Assembly: GCA_963703285.1 (NCBI GenBank)
Contig: OY969807.1
Span: forward strand, 1,824,001-1,888,000
Direction: 5' to 3'
Origin: an uncultured Nitrososphaerota archaeon
Lineage (GTDB): Archaea > Thermoproteota > Nitrososphaeria > Nitrososphaerales > Gagatemarchaeaceae
Length of the DNA: 64,000 nucleotides
A program made the translations under genes and the position numbers. This document shows, in pieces, positions 1 through 9,658 of this stretch (its first letter is position 1; each line of letters opens with the position of its first letter). Under the pieces are notes generated by a model that saw only the letters and a program-made list of their open reading frames with translations, had not been told where the DNA came from and did not search any database.

Positions 1-789
1 TCCAGCTCTATCCCCACGCTGTCCCTGCCCGAGGCCATCGCCGCGATCATCGTGGTCCCCGTGCCAAGGAAGGGGTCCAGCACGAGCTCTCCCTGGATGG
101 AGAACATCGAAATCAGCCTGTAGGGGAATTCGAAGGGGAAGGACGCCTTCCGTCCTCGAGCGTCCTCCGGCCCGAGCCTCTGCCTCTCCCCCTGGAGATT
201 CTCCCACATATCGGAGAACCAGGCGTTGCGCTCTTCCCAGAAGAACGCGCTCTTCTGCCTCACGAGTCGCTGGCTAGGTGTCGTGGGGGGCCTCCTCCCG
301 CGCTTCCGGAGAATGAGGACGTACTCATGCTCCTGGGTGACGTAGGCCGCCCCCGGGAGCATCCCTGAGCCCATGAACTTCGTCGGCTTGTTGGACTCCT
401 TCCTCCACAGTATCTCGGGGAGGACCTCGAACCCCAGGCCGAGGCAGGCCGTCAGCACCCTCGCGTGATTCGGGAACACCCTGAACGAACCACCGACCCT
501 GCCGCGTCGCGTCACCGACGTTGATGCAGGCGATGCCCCCGGGGCGGAGCAGGCGGTGGATCTCCTTCCACACCGGGTCCATCTGCGCGTGCATCAGCTC
601 GAACGCCCCTTCGCCGTCCCCGTCTCCGAGGAGCCCGGCCACGCGCCCATCCAGACGGGAGAACGTCTCGTCCCACATCTCGATCATCGGGTATGGCGGC
701 GAGGTAACCACGAGGTCGACGCTGGCCGGGGCCATCCCGGCGAGTACCTGCCTGGCGTCCCCGTAGAGGACCGAGTGGGATGTCTTCAA
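1..789 (-). pseudogene. Beta-class N4/N6 DNA methyltransferase, 1-nt frameshift near 500-503, runs off the window edge
   Basis: DLVVTSPPY catalytic motif in ORF 325-849. After DATR the protein continues in a shifted frame (RVGGSFRVFPNHAR...WRKESNKPTKFMGSGMLPGAAYVTQEHEY...VLDPFLGTGTT, the SAM motif). Likely TTG start at 789. Confidence 0.85.
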
Positions 790-914
790 CCCCCGGTGCG
801 CACCGTTCACGAGATATAACCGAGCGCCCGCGGGAGAGGGAAGACTCACATCGGGTGATTACCTCAGGTGAGCCGTCCTTTTATCCCCAAGCTCCGTCCG
901 CTCGGGCAGTTAGA

Positions 915-1913
915 ATGACCAAGATGATCGAGGCGGAGAACCTGACGAAGGTGTACAAGGGAAAGGTCAAGGCCGTCGACCATATCTCCTTCACAGTCGA
1001 GGAGGGAGAGATCTTCGGGTTCCTGGGGCCGAACGGCGCAGGCAAGACCACGACCATCAAGATGCTCAACACCCTGGCGACCATCACCGAGGGCAGGGCC
1101 AGCGTCGCCGGGCACGACGTCAGCAGGGAGCAGGGGGCCACCAGGGACAGCATCGGCGTGGTGCCCCAGGAGCTGACCGCCGACGACGAGCTGAACGGAG
1201 AGGAGAACCTGATGCTCGCGGCGAGGCTTCATCACGTCGGGAGAGATGCGGCGCGCCTGAGGACCCAGGAGCTCCTCAAGCTCGTCGACCTCGACCAGGC
1301 GGCCCGGCGGAAGGTGAAGACCTACTCTGGCGGCATGAGGAGGCGCCTGCAGCTAGCGATGGGGCTCGTCCACATGCCGAAGGTCCTCTTCCTCGACGAG
1401 CCCACCCTCGGGCTCGACATACAGACGAGGAAGAAGATGTGGGACTACATCTCCAGGCTCAATCGCGAGCGCGGGCTCACGGTGTTCATGACGACCCACT
1501 ACCTCGAGGAGGCGGACTCCCTCTGCAACAGGATAGCGATCATCGACCAGGGTACGATCAAGGTGTCGGGCTCGCCGGCGGAGCTCAAGGAGAAGGTCGG
1601 GGGAGACATCCTCACCCTCGAGCTCAGCGAGAACGCCCCCGACCTGACCGAGTTCTTCAGGTCGGTCCCCGAGGTTATCGAGGTCATAAAGTCGGACCAG
1701 ACTTACCGGATCAAGCTTCCGAAGACGGAGAAGGCCCTCCCGGCGATCGTCGAGGGCGTGGTCAAGAGGGACGTCCAGATCATCGAGATATCGTTCACCA
1801 AGCCCACCCTCGACCAGGTGTTCCTGGAGGTCACGGGCAAGTCGATGCGGGACGAGGACGCGTCTGAGAGCGACTCCCTGCTTCAGAACGTGATGATGGA
1901 GAGGGCGAGGTAG
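915..1913 (+). CDS. ABC-2 (DrrA-like) exporter ATP-binding subunit
   Basis: GPNGAGKTT Walker A, YSGGMRRR signature, LFLDEPT Walker B. Confidence 0.95.
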   Translation: MTKMIEAENLTKVYKGKVKAVDHISFTVEEGEIFGFLGPNGAGKTTTIKMLNTLATITEGRASVAGHDVSREQGATRDSIGVVPQELTADDELNGEENLMLAARLHHVGRDAARLRTQELLKLVDLDQAARRKVKTYSGGMRRRLQLAMGLVHMPKVLFLDEPTLGLDIQTRKKMWDYISRLNRERGLTVFMTTHYLEEADSLCNRIAIIDQGTIKVSGSPAELKEKVGGDILTLELSENAPDLTEFFRSVPEVIEVIKSDQTYRIKLPKTEKALPAIVEGVVKRDVQIIEISFTKPTLDQVFLEVTGKSMRDEDASESDSLLQNVMMERAR

Positions 1914-1919
1914 ACCGCG

Positions 1920-2783
1920 ATGTTCGACGAGACACTAGCGCTCACGACCAGGGCGCTCAAGAAGTGGATCAGGAATCCCGCAGCCGTCCTGCCCGCGCTC
2001 TTCACCTCTCTCTTCTACCTCGTCCTGTTTGGGAACTCCTTCAACCCGACCAACCTCTTCACCTCCGGGCTGAGCAGCAGCGGAATCCCTCCCTCGGTGG
2101 TAGCTCAGATCAAGGCGACCATCCTCCAGCAGACCTTCGGGGGCGCCGCGACCTACATCACCTACCTGACCGCCGGCGTCATATGCCTCATCCTCGTCTT
2201 CAACATGGCCTTCGGCGGCATCGACCTCGTCCTAGACAGGCAGCTGGGCTACCTCAACACCCTCCTCACCTCCCCGATACCGAGGGCGGCGATCTACTTC
2301 TCGGGGGTTCTCCAGAACCTAGTGAAGGTCATGTTCATGGCCCTGCTGACCTTCCTCATAGCGCTGGTGATTCCAAACGGGCTCGAGCTGCAGTCCGGGT
2401 TTGGTCCCCTCAACTTCATCGGCATCTTCGCCGCCTTCGCGCTCCTGGGATTCGGCCTGTCGTGCGTCTTCACTGCCCTCGCGCTCTCAGTCAGGAGCAT
2501 CGACTCCCTGGTCGCGATAGTCAACTTCCTGACGCTGCCGCTGATATTCATGAGCAACGCCCTCTTCCCGTCAGAGACGTTCCCGAGCTGGCTCAAGGCG
2601 ATAGCGAGCGCGAACCCGATATCAACGACCGACGAGGCGGCGAGGCTGCTCATAGTGAACGGGAGCCTGACCAGCGCGCAGATCTCGACCTTCGCTGGCG
2701 ACATGCTCTATCTTGCGGTCGTCGCGGTGGGGCTCACCGTAGTCGGCTACCTCGCCGCGAGAAAGGCGCTGAGTGCCGAGTGA
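1920..2783 (+). CDS. ABC-2 type permease
   Basis: About six hydrophobic helices, PSWLKAIASANP motif, directly follows the ATPase. Confidence 0.9.
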   Translation: MFDETLALTTRALKKWIRNPAAVLPALFTSLFYLVLFGNSFNPTNLFTSGLSSSGIPPSVVAQIKATILQQTFGGAATYITYLTAGVICLILVFNMAFGGIDLVLDRQLGYLNTLLTSPIPRAAIYFSGVLQNLVKVMFMALLTFLIALVIPNGLELQSGFGPLNFIGIFAAFALLGFGLSCVFTALALSVRSIDSLVAIVNFLTLPLIFMSNALFPSETFPSWLKAIASANPISTTDEAARLLIVNGSLTSAQISTFAGDMLYLAVVAVGLTVVGYLAARKALSAE

Positions 2784-2880
2784 GCGCGCTCACGTCATGA
2801 ACCTTGCCGCGCTCGAAGCCGCCGTAGGCGGTCTGACCTCCGGGCATCGAATAAATAGACCGCGAGCAGCGAAATTGCCC

Positions 2881-3903
2881 GTGCCCCAGAAGAAGAAGAT
2901 TGTAGCGACAGACATGGTGGTCCCCGAGCCGATCAAGAGGAGGGTGGAGTCATCGGCCGGAGGAAGCTACTCCCTGCGCCACATCGACAGCCTAGACGAC
3001 ACGGTGAAGAACGACGTCGAGGTGCTGGTGATGCTTCGAAGCGCCAGCGTGACGAAAGCTCTCTTCCGGGAGATGCCTAACGTCAGGCTGGTCCAGTCGA
3101 TGTCGGCGGGGGTGGATTTCATCGACTTCACGGCCGTCCCCCCGGACGTCACCGTCTGCTCTAACGCCGGCGCCTTCAAGGACCCCATAGCCGAGCACGT
3201 CTTCGCCATGGTCCTATGCTTCGCGAAGAACCTGTCCCGCAACCACGAGCGGCTGCGCCGGGGGCTCTTCGAGAGCTCCGCCGACGGGCTGTTCCTGGGG
3301 AACAAGACCATCGGGGTAGTCGGCGCCGGGGGCATCGGCCAGTCCGTGGCGAGGGTCGCGAGGGGCTTCAACATGAGGACGGTGGGGATCAACACGACAG
3401 GTCGCCCCGTCGAGGGTTTTGACGCCGTGTGGAAGATGGACCGGCTCGACGACCTCCTAAGGCAGGCGGACGTCGTCGTGATTTCGCTCCCGCTGACCGT
3501 ACGCACGAGGAACCTCATCGACGCCGGGAGGCTCTCCGCGATGAAGGAGGACTGTATCCTCGTCAACGTCGCCCGCGGGGCGATAATCGCCCAGGACGCC
3601 CTCTACTCGCACCTCAAGTCCCACCCCAGCTTCAGGGCCGGCATCGACGTCTGGTGGAGGTACCCGAAGGAGGGGGAGAAGTTCTCCCTCGACTTCCCGT
3701 TCTTCGACCTTCCAAACTTCCTCGCGTCGCCACACAACGCGGACGGTGTCCCCGAGGCGCTCCCCCTCGGCCAGGAACACGCGTTCCGAAACGTGATCGC
3801 GTACCTCGACGGAGGCGCGCTCGAGAGGAAGGTCGACAGGGGCGACTACCTCGGCCTGCCACCGCGGACGAGCGCCAGGGCTTCCAAATTCCGGAGGGTA
3901 TGA
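2881..3903 (+). CDS. D-isomer-specific 2-hydroxyacid dehydrogenase
   Basis: SAGVD, GAGGIG Rossmann motif, VNVARG, SPHNA. GTG start at 2881 inferred. Confidence 0.9.
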   Translation: MPQKKKIVATDMVVPEPIKRRVESSAGGSYSLRHIDSLDDTVKNDVEVLVMLRSASVTKALFREMPNVRLVQSMSAGVDFIDFTAVPPDVTVCSNAGAFKDPIAEHVFAMVLCFAKNLSRNHERLRRGLFESSADGLFLGNKTIGVVGAGGIGQSVARVARGFNMRTVGINTTGRPVEGFDAVWKMDRLDDLLRQADVVVISLPLTVRTRNLIDAGRLSAMKEDCILVNVARGAIIAQDALYSHLKSHPSFRAGIDVWWRYPKEGEKFSLDFPFFDLPNFLASPHNADGVPEALPLGQEHAFRNVIAYLDGGALERKVDRGDYLGLPPRTSARASKFRRV

Positions 3904-3909
3904 CCGGCG

Positions 3910-4383
3910 ATGGAGGAGGAGATGAACAGGCTCCTCGACCTGTTCAAGAAGGAGGGGGTGGAGTTCCAGCTCTACGAGCACGAGCCCGTCTACACGTCCG
4001 TGGAAGCCTCGAAGGTGAGGGGCGTGGAGCTTAGGTCCGGGGTGAAGGCCCTGGTGTTGAAGTCGGACGACGGGAACTACCTGCTGGCAGACCTCGCGGC
4101 CGACCGCAAGGCCGACATCAAGAAGCTGCAGAAGGTCGCAGGCGTCGGGAAGCTGCACTTCGCCTCGAGGGAGGAGGTCATCTCCGTCACGGGATGCGAG
4201 CCGGGGTCTGTCCACCCGTTCGGCGTCCTCTTCGGCCTCCCGACGTACCTCGATCCTTCCGTCCTCGAGAACGAGCACGTCAACTTCAACATCGGCCTGC
4301 TGACGAAGAGCGTCCGCATCCGCAGGGAGGACCTGATGAGGCTCCTGGGTGCCGTCCTGGCCGACTTCGCGAAGAGCGCCTAA
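3910..4383 (+). CDS. YbaK/ProX aminoacyl-tRNA editing domain protein
   Basis: HEPVYT, VKALVLK, GCEPGSVHPFG motifs. Confidence 0.9.
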   Translation: MEEEMNRLLDLFKKEGVEFQLYEHEPVYTSVEASKVRGVELRSGVKALVLKSDDGNYLLADLAADRKADIKKLQKVAGVGKLHFASREEVISVTGCEPGSVHPFGVLFGLPTYLDPSVLENEHVNFNIGLLTKSVRIRREDLMRLLGAVLADFAKSA

Positions 4384-4433
4384 CATAGCAAGAGCATTAA
4401 CCATCCGTTCTGGCCTCGGCGTCAGGCGTAAGA

Positions 4434-4880
4434 TTGGAGTCCAGGCCGTCCTATCGGATCAGGGAGTGCGTCGAGAAGGATTTAGTCGACGTCCTGAAGA
4501 TAGAGAACGAATCGTTCACGGACCCGTACGACATGGAGATCTTCTCGCAACTCCTCAGGTCGGAACCGGAGGGATTCTTAGTGGCCGATGGCGGCGGCAT
4601 ACTCGGATACGTCGCTGCCTCGGCGAGGTACGGGCTCATCCTCTCCCTTGCGATCTCCCCGAGCCACAGGAGGAAGGGAATTGGCGCGGCTCTCTTGGAC
4701 TCCGTGCTCCGCTACCTCCGGGGGCGCACGAGCAGGGTCACGTTGCAGGTCCGCGTCGGCAACTCGGCGGCGATAGCCCTCTACCGGCGATTCTCCTTCA
4801 GGGAAGAGGGAAGGCTGAGGAGATACTATCCCGACGGCGAGGACGCCCTCGTGATGTCCTCCGACCTCAGACGCAAGTGA
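4434..4880 (+). CDS. rimI: RimI/Ard1-like GNAT N-acetyltransferase
   Basis: RRKGIG acetyl-CoA loop, LQVRVGNSAAIALY, YYPDGEDA. Confidence 0.85.
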   Translation: MESRPSYRIRECVEKDLVDVLKIENESFTDPYDMEIFSQLLRSEPEGFLVADGGGILGYVAASARYGLILSLAISPSHRRKGIGAALLDSVLRYLRGRTSRVTLQVRVGNSAAIALYRRFSFREEGRLRRYYPDGEDALVMSSDLRRK

Positions 4881-4889
4881 GTTCTCTGC

Positions 4890-5153
4890 TCACGCGTCTG
4901 TGGACGCCGGGGGAGGTATGAGGTCAGGCGACTGGCCTGAAGTCTGCGTCCCAGACGTCGCGGGGTTTTCGTTCAGCTGTCTCTGGAGCCTCTTCGACTT
5001 GTTGTAGTAGTACCAGAACATGTAGAAGATCACTGTGGCGAAGATTATCTCGAAGATCGTGTCGACGAGTATAAGCGAGACGAAGAACGCCAGTACGACC
5101 AAAAGTACCGTCCTCATGGTGTCCATCAGCCCAGATGTGTTGCTCATTCCCAT
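4890..5153 (-). CDS. Small membrane protein, unknown function
   Basis: 87 aa, two hydrophobic segments followed by a basic tail. Confidence 0.6.
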   Translation of the reverse strand: MGMSNTSGLMDTMRTVLLVVLAFFVSLILVDTIFEIIFATVIFYMFWYYYNKSKRLQRQLNENPATSGTQTSGQSPDLIPPPASTDA

Positions 5154-5369
5154 GCCGATCCCTTGCCGTCCGCCGATGCTCCCTACTCCGTGTTAAGTCT
5201 TGGGGTTGGTCGTGCCTTCCACGCCGTACGACGCGAAGGGCCTCCTTACCTCCCCGATGAGGGACGAGGATTCTAGCCGCCATCCGCAAGGTCGCACATC
5301 ACCGAGGCCGAACGATACCCAGAAGCAACCCAAACTATTTACCACCCACATCGCGCAAGTCCCAACAGC

Positions 5370-6380
5370 TTGTCGAGCCCCTCGTCTCCCCCTCCAGCCT
5401 GGCTTGCGAAGTACGTCGAGGCGATAGACGCCCGGGTCGCGGAGGTCTTTCCCAAGGCAGACTCGACGTTGGAGCTCGCCGTGAAGGGGGCCCTCCTCGG
5501 AGGAAAGAGGATCAGGGCCGTGCTCGCCCTGCTCTGGTGTGAAGCCGTCTCGGGCGGATACGAGGACGCGTTGCCGGTGGCGGTAGCCTACGAGCTGGCC
5601 CACGCGGCGGCCCTCGTCCAGGACGACATCCTGGATGACTCGGGGTTCCGCCGGGGCGAAAAATCGATAGTAGGAAGGCACGGCCTGCGCCCCGCGATTC
5701 TGGCATCGAATATGCTGCTGGCGCAGGTCCCCAGAGAAATCGCCGAGTACGGGTCCGGAAGGTGGGGCGGGGCGACGCTCAAGAAACTCTTCGAACTGCT
5801 CGGCGATTCGTTCGGCGCGACCATCCTGGGAGAGTTTCTGGACCTCGAGATGGTCGAGAAGCAGTCCGTGAGCCAGGATGACTACGAGTACATGATAAGG
5901 AAGAAGACGGGCGCGCTCGTGGCTGCATCTTCGGCGAGCGGCGTCATCGTGGGCAGGGGGATGGACAGCGAGGCGACCGTGAGGACCGCGTACGAGTTCG
6001 GAGAGTGGCTGGGGATGGCGTATCAGGTCCACGACGACCTCCTCGACATAGTCGGGGACGAAGGAGTCCTCGGGAAGCCCGTCTTCGCCGACATCAGGGG
6101 CGGCAAGAGGAACATCCTGCTGATTCACGCGTCCGAGAGGGCCTCAGGGGAGGACCGCCGCTTCCTCGATGAGCTGCTCAGCAGGAGAGGGGAATTCGGC
6201 GAATCCGAGATCGCGAGGGTGAGAGGCCTGCTTTCCAAGGTCGGTTCGCTGGAGTACGCCGAGGGCGTGGCGGCTTCGTACGCTGGGAACGCCCGCGGAC
6301 TCCTCGAGACGCTGGACGCTGGGTCGGCGAAGGGGAAGCTTCTCGAGCTCTCGGACTACCTCGCTTCGAGGAAATACTGA
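5370..6380 (+). CDS. Polyprenyl (geranylgeranyl) diphosphate synthase
   Basis: GGKRIR, first DDxxD (QDDILDD..RRG), KT, second DDxxD (HDDLLD), GK. Confidence 0.93.
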   Translation: MSSPSSPPPAWLAKYVEAIDARVAEVFPKADSTLELAVKGALLGGKRIRAVLALLWCEAVSGGYEDALPVAVAYELAHAAALVQDDILDDSGFRRGEKSIVGRHGLRPAILASNMLLAQVPREIAEYGSGRWGGATLKKLFELLGDSFGATILGEFLDLEMVEKQSVSQDDYEYMIRKKTGALVAASSASGVIVGRGMDSEATVRTAYEFGEWLGMAYQVHDDLLDIVGDEGVLGKPVFADIRGGKRNILLIHASERASGEDRRFLDELLSRRGEFGESEIARVRGLLSKVGSLEYAEGVAASYAGNARGLLETLDAGSAKGKLLELSDYLASRKY

Positions 6381-6410
6381 ACCCCGAGCAGCTACGATTA
6401 TCTACAGGCC

Positions 6411-6704
6411 TTGGGCGCAGCATCCGGGTTGACACAGAGGGACGACGCCGGTCTTGTCTCGAGCCTGGAGCGAACCTCCCGGGCCCTCGAGATACTCACC
6501 TTCGCTCTCGTCATCCTCATCTCGCCCGTCTCCTTCGTGCTGGGCCTACCATTCGGCATCTCACCCGAGACGTGGCTCGCGCTCTGGCAGAAGTACGCGT
6601 TCTTCTTCGTGGTCTTCGCCATCGCCATCGCGCTGACCGGTTTTGCTGGTTCGTTCCAGTACCGCGTGCGGGCTAGGGCAATCCGCAGATCGACTCAGCG
6701 CTGA
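6411..6704 (+). CDS. Small two-TM membrane protein
   Basis: Two hydrophobic helices, fills the gap after the prenyl synthase. Confidence 0.55.
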   Translation: MGAASGLTQRDDAGLVSSLERTSRALEILTFALVILISPVSFVLGLPFGISPETWLALWQKYAFFFVVFAIAIALTGFAGSFQYRVRARAIRRSTQR

Positions 6705-6710
6705 AGCGGC

Positions 6711-7151
6711 TTACTTCCGGTGCACGACGATGTATGCGGGAACCGGCTTCGTCCCCTTGTAGGACGACCTCTCCAGCATCCTCTGGTAGGCCTCCTCCTC
6801 CAGCAGCGTCGGCTTGGGTTGGAAGTGGCCGCCCTGGTCGTCGTCCTGAACGTTGAAGCGGACGCGTATGGCGACGTCCTCGGCCGGGTTCGCAGTTTCG
6901 TAGTCCGGGTCCCACCTGACTTGGCCGTCGGGGAATTCCTCCGCGAAGCCCCTGAGGAACTCGGGGAGTTTCACCAACCAGATGCTGTTGGCCCTCACCT
7001 CCAGCCCGTCCTTCCAATAGACTGAGACAACCATGTTGTCCAGAGACCTGCTCGCAGCGAGCCTCTTGGCCGCGTCCTTGTCGACACCTATCGATATCAG
7101 GGACTTGTGCAGCCTCTCAATCTCCGCCGCGGAGTCGCCTTTCTTTGCCAA
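6711..7151 (-). CDS. Hypothetical protein
   Basis: 146 aa, genome-like codon usage, no competing real gene. Confidence 0.65.
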   Translation of the reverse strand: MAKKGDSAAEIERLHKSLISIGVDKDAAKRLAASRSLDNMVVSVYWKDGLEVRANSIWLVKLPEFLRGFAEEFPDGQVRWDPDYETANPAEDVAIRVRFNVQDDDQGGHFQPKPTLLEEEAYQRMLERSSYKGTKPVPAYIVVHRK

Positions 7152-7191
7152 GATTGCAGTAGCCAGAGCCAGGGGGACATAAATCAGTTAT

Positions 7192-7596
7192 CTATCCGTC
7201 GATCTGCGACTGGTCCTGCATCGGGCCGGCGTCCTCCCGGTGCTCCTTGTAGTAGGCCCATATCCTCTCCTGCTGTTGCCTTGCGTATTCCCTCTCCTTT
7301 TGTGTGAGAATAGGGTCGTTGGCCCTCTCGCCCGGCCTCCTCAGGTCGGCGGGAAGCCCCTCCCAACAGAAGAAGCCTCCCCCGGGGTATCCCGTGTCCT
7401 TGCGCACCACTATAGCCGCGAAACCAGGCGCACCGGCGAGGGACTCCGCCCTGTCTATCTCGCCGAGGACGCCCACGACCGTCCGACCCTCGCTCCCCCG
7501 CGCGAGGCCGAACCGGGCCATGAGGTAGCCGTAGGTCACCGTCCTGCGCGCGAGAGCGGCCCGCAACAACTCCCTCCGCATCTCGTCCCGGAGCAT
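7192..7596 (-). CDS. Hypothetical protein with a putative HTH-like N-terminus
   Basis: RTVTYGYLMARFGL...LGEID...AAIVVRKDTGYPGGGFF pattern. ATG at 7596. Confidence 0.65.
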   Translation of the reverse strand: MLRDEMRRELLRAALARRTVTYGYLMARFGLARGSEGRTVVGVLGEIDRAESLAGAPGFAAIVVRKDTGYPGGGFFCWEGLPADLRRPGERANDPILTQKEREYARQQQERIWAYYKEHREDAGPMQDQSQIDG

Positions 7597-7690
7597 CCTT
7601 CGTTCTTGTGACGCGAACCCTAAAACGGTTCCGAAACCGTCGCCAACCCACCGAAAGTTAGTTAATCCACCAGGGCAGGACGATAACCAA

Positions 7691-8365
7691 GTGCCTGTCA
7701 TCAGCATCGGGGAGCATCGCATCGAGTACTCTGTGAAGGAGGGAACCAGCAGGAGGTACACCTACTTCAGGTTCAGGGCCGACAGGACCCTCGAGATTGT
7801 GGTGCCCAGGGGCAGGAGGGTGGACATCGACTCCACGATAAGGAACAGGCAGACCTGGATAGTCAGGCAGTTCGAGGAGATGTCCCGGAGCAGGAGGATA
7901 CTCGCCGATGACGAGGTCATGTTCGACGGGGAGCACCTGAGGCTGGTCTTCGAGGAGAGCCAGGAGAGGGAGGAGCTCGTCCACGACCCCGTGAGAAAAG
8001 AGGTCATAGTCCGGTCGAGCGACAGGTCCAGGGTCAGGGAGCTCGTCAGGAGGTGGTTCCTGAGGGAGACATCGAGGTACGTGGTCCGGAAGCTCGGAGA
8101 GATCTCCGAAGCGCTCGAAGTGAAGTACCGCCGGGCCGACGTGAGGCAGATAAGGAACTGGGGCTACTGTACCAAGGACGGCCGCCTCTCGTTCAACTGG
8201 CAGCTGATAGCGCTCCCCGAGAGGCTACGGGAGTACATAATCCTGCACGAGCTCGCACACCTGTCGGAGTTCAACCATTCCCCCGCCTTCAAGGACAGGC
8301 TCGCCGCCTACTGCCCCGACTATCGGCAGAGGGAGAAGGAGCTCGACAGGATAGTCTCGCTCTGA
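7691..8365 (+). CDS. YgjP/DUF45 (M48-like) zinc metallohydrolase
   Basis: WGYC, LSFNWQL, YIILHELAHL (HExxH), NHSPAF. Confidence 0.9.
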   Translation: MPVISIGEHRIEYSVKEGTSRRYTYFRFRADRTLEIVVPRGRRVDIDSTIRNRQTWIVRQFEEMSRSRRILADDEVMFDGEHLRLVFEESQEREELVHDPVRKEVIVRSSDRSRVRELVRRWFLRETSRYVVRKLGEISEALEVKYRRADVRQIRNWGYCTKDGRLSFNWQLIALPERLREYIILHELAHLSEFNHSPAFKDRLAAYCPDYRQREKELDRIVSL

Positions 8366-8451
8366 GCCTCCGGGAGGAACGCTACGATGGCAGCACTCTC
8401 GTATCACACTTTTATGTCACCGTTGACTTGCCGGTCAAAGCGGATATCTCG

Positions 8452-9045
8452 ATGCGAAGAACCACAGTCTTTGTCTCACTCTTTGGCGCCTCCGCCTTGG
8501 CGCTTCTAATCGTCTCGATATGGTATCTCACATCCTATCAAGGTGGCTATGGATCGCTTTCTGGGATGATGCAGCAGATGATGGGAGGCCGGACCGCGGT
8601 AGGCGGTGCAGTCGCGTCGATGCCGGGCTACGTATGGACTTCCTTGGTTACGTTCTCTATCCTATCGGTGGTCGGGGTGGTAGGGCTCGTCTACTACCTC
8701 GCATACCCTGAGATTAATACTGGGGCTGCCTCGGCCGAGAGCCCCCCTTCAGCCGCACCCACCAGGCCACCTGCCCAGACCACCATCAAGGAGAGCTGGG
8801 AGACAGTGGTCCGCACATCGAATCCGGAGGAGAAGAAGGTCTTGGACGTTCTCGCAGGGCATAACGGCACATACTTGCAGAAGTTCATCGTCAAGGAATC
8901 GGGCCTGAGCAAGCTGAAGACGCACAGGATAATCTCCCGCTTCGCCGAGAGGGGCATAGTGAGCGCCGTTAAGAGCGGGAACACAAACGAGGTTTCGCTG
9001 TCGCCTTGGCTGAAGCAGGACCTTTCGGCAAGACATCAGACATAG
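8452..9045 (+). CDS. Membrane-anchored winged-HTH transcriptional regulator with a Met-rich loop
   Basis: Two TM helices flanking GMMQQMMGG, then a C-terminal wHTH (EKKVL...QKFIVKESGLSKLKTHRIISRFAERGIV). Confidence 0.8.
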   Translation: MRRTTVFVSLFGASALALLIVSIWYLTSYQGGYGSLSGMMQQMMGGRTAVGGAVASMPGYVWTSLVTFSILSVVGVVGLVYYLAYPEINTGAASAESPPSAAPTRPPAQTTIKESWETVVRTSNPEEKKVLDVLAGHNGTYLQKFIVKESGLSKLKTHRIISRFAERGIVSAVKSGNTNEVSLSPWLKQDLSARHQT

Positions 9046-9090
9046 TAATTGTACAATGTGCCTCTCGAACGTCCGATACTTACATGCATT

Positions 9091-9132
9091 CGGTTTCAAA
9101 GGCGCCTGAAACCGTTTCAAGGTTTCGTTTCA
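9091..9132. promoter_or_regulatory. Putative operator: CGGTTTCA-N8-TGAAACCG inverted repeat plus further GTTTC(A/G) half-sites
   Basis: Perfect 8-bp inverted repeat at 9091-9114, extra half-sites to 9132, upstream of gene 9180. Confidence 0.6.
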
Positions 9133-9179
9133 GCGAACCACCATAACCCCGCCATGCGTAGTATACGCCGTGCATCAAA

Positions 9180-9524
9180 ATGAACGCAACCGAAAAGGCA
9201 ATCGTCGTCGGACTTGGGCTCGTGGTAGCCGTAGGGCTATTCGCAGGAACCGCATTCGGACTCGTAGGGCAGACGCCGGCCGCGAGTCATCAAAGGGGAG
9301 GGGGGATGATGTCGGGCGGATCGAGCTACGGTGGCAGTGGCATGATGGGACTCGGGACAAACGGGGCAACCTCCACTGAATCGCATGCTGGCGGGATAAT
9401 GGGAGGGATGTGGGGGATGATGGGCGAACAAGGCCCAGTGACCAACGGGGGCAACCTCTTCATGGGGTGCATCCAGTACATGGCCCACTACTTCGGTATC
9501 GGGTCGAACGGAACGGCGAGCTGA
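9180..9524 (+). CDS. Membrane-anchored Gly/Met-rich protein
   Basis: N-terminal TM/signal, repeated GMMG/GGMM motifs, CIQYMAHY near the C-terminus. Confidence 0.7.
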   Translation: MNATEKAIVVGLGLVVAVGLFAGTAFGLVGQTPAASHQRGGGMMSGGSSYGGSGMMGLGTNGATSTESHAGGIMGGMWGMMGEQGPVTNGGNLFMGCIQYMAHYFGIGSNGTAS

Positions 9525-9658
9525 AGTGTACAGGCTCGGCTATAGCGCATAAGAACAGTCTGCCGAAGAAAGCGGGCGTAGTGGAAGAGTAAGTTTGGAG
9601 GCAGAGACCAAACGGGCCTTTAGGCTTAAATTGCGGTCAAAGGGCGTCCGAATCAAAA

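Noticed and set aside
5160-5345. Intergenic stretch with several possible hairpins (candidate ncRNA)
   Set aside because: No SRP, RNase P, tRNA or C/D box hallmarks recognisable. Pairing of this level is expected in GC-rich DNA.
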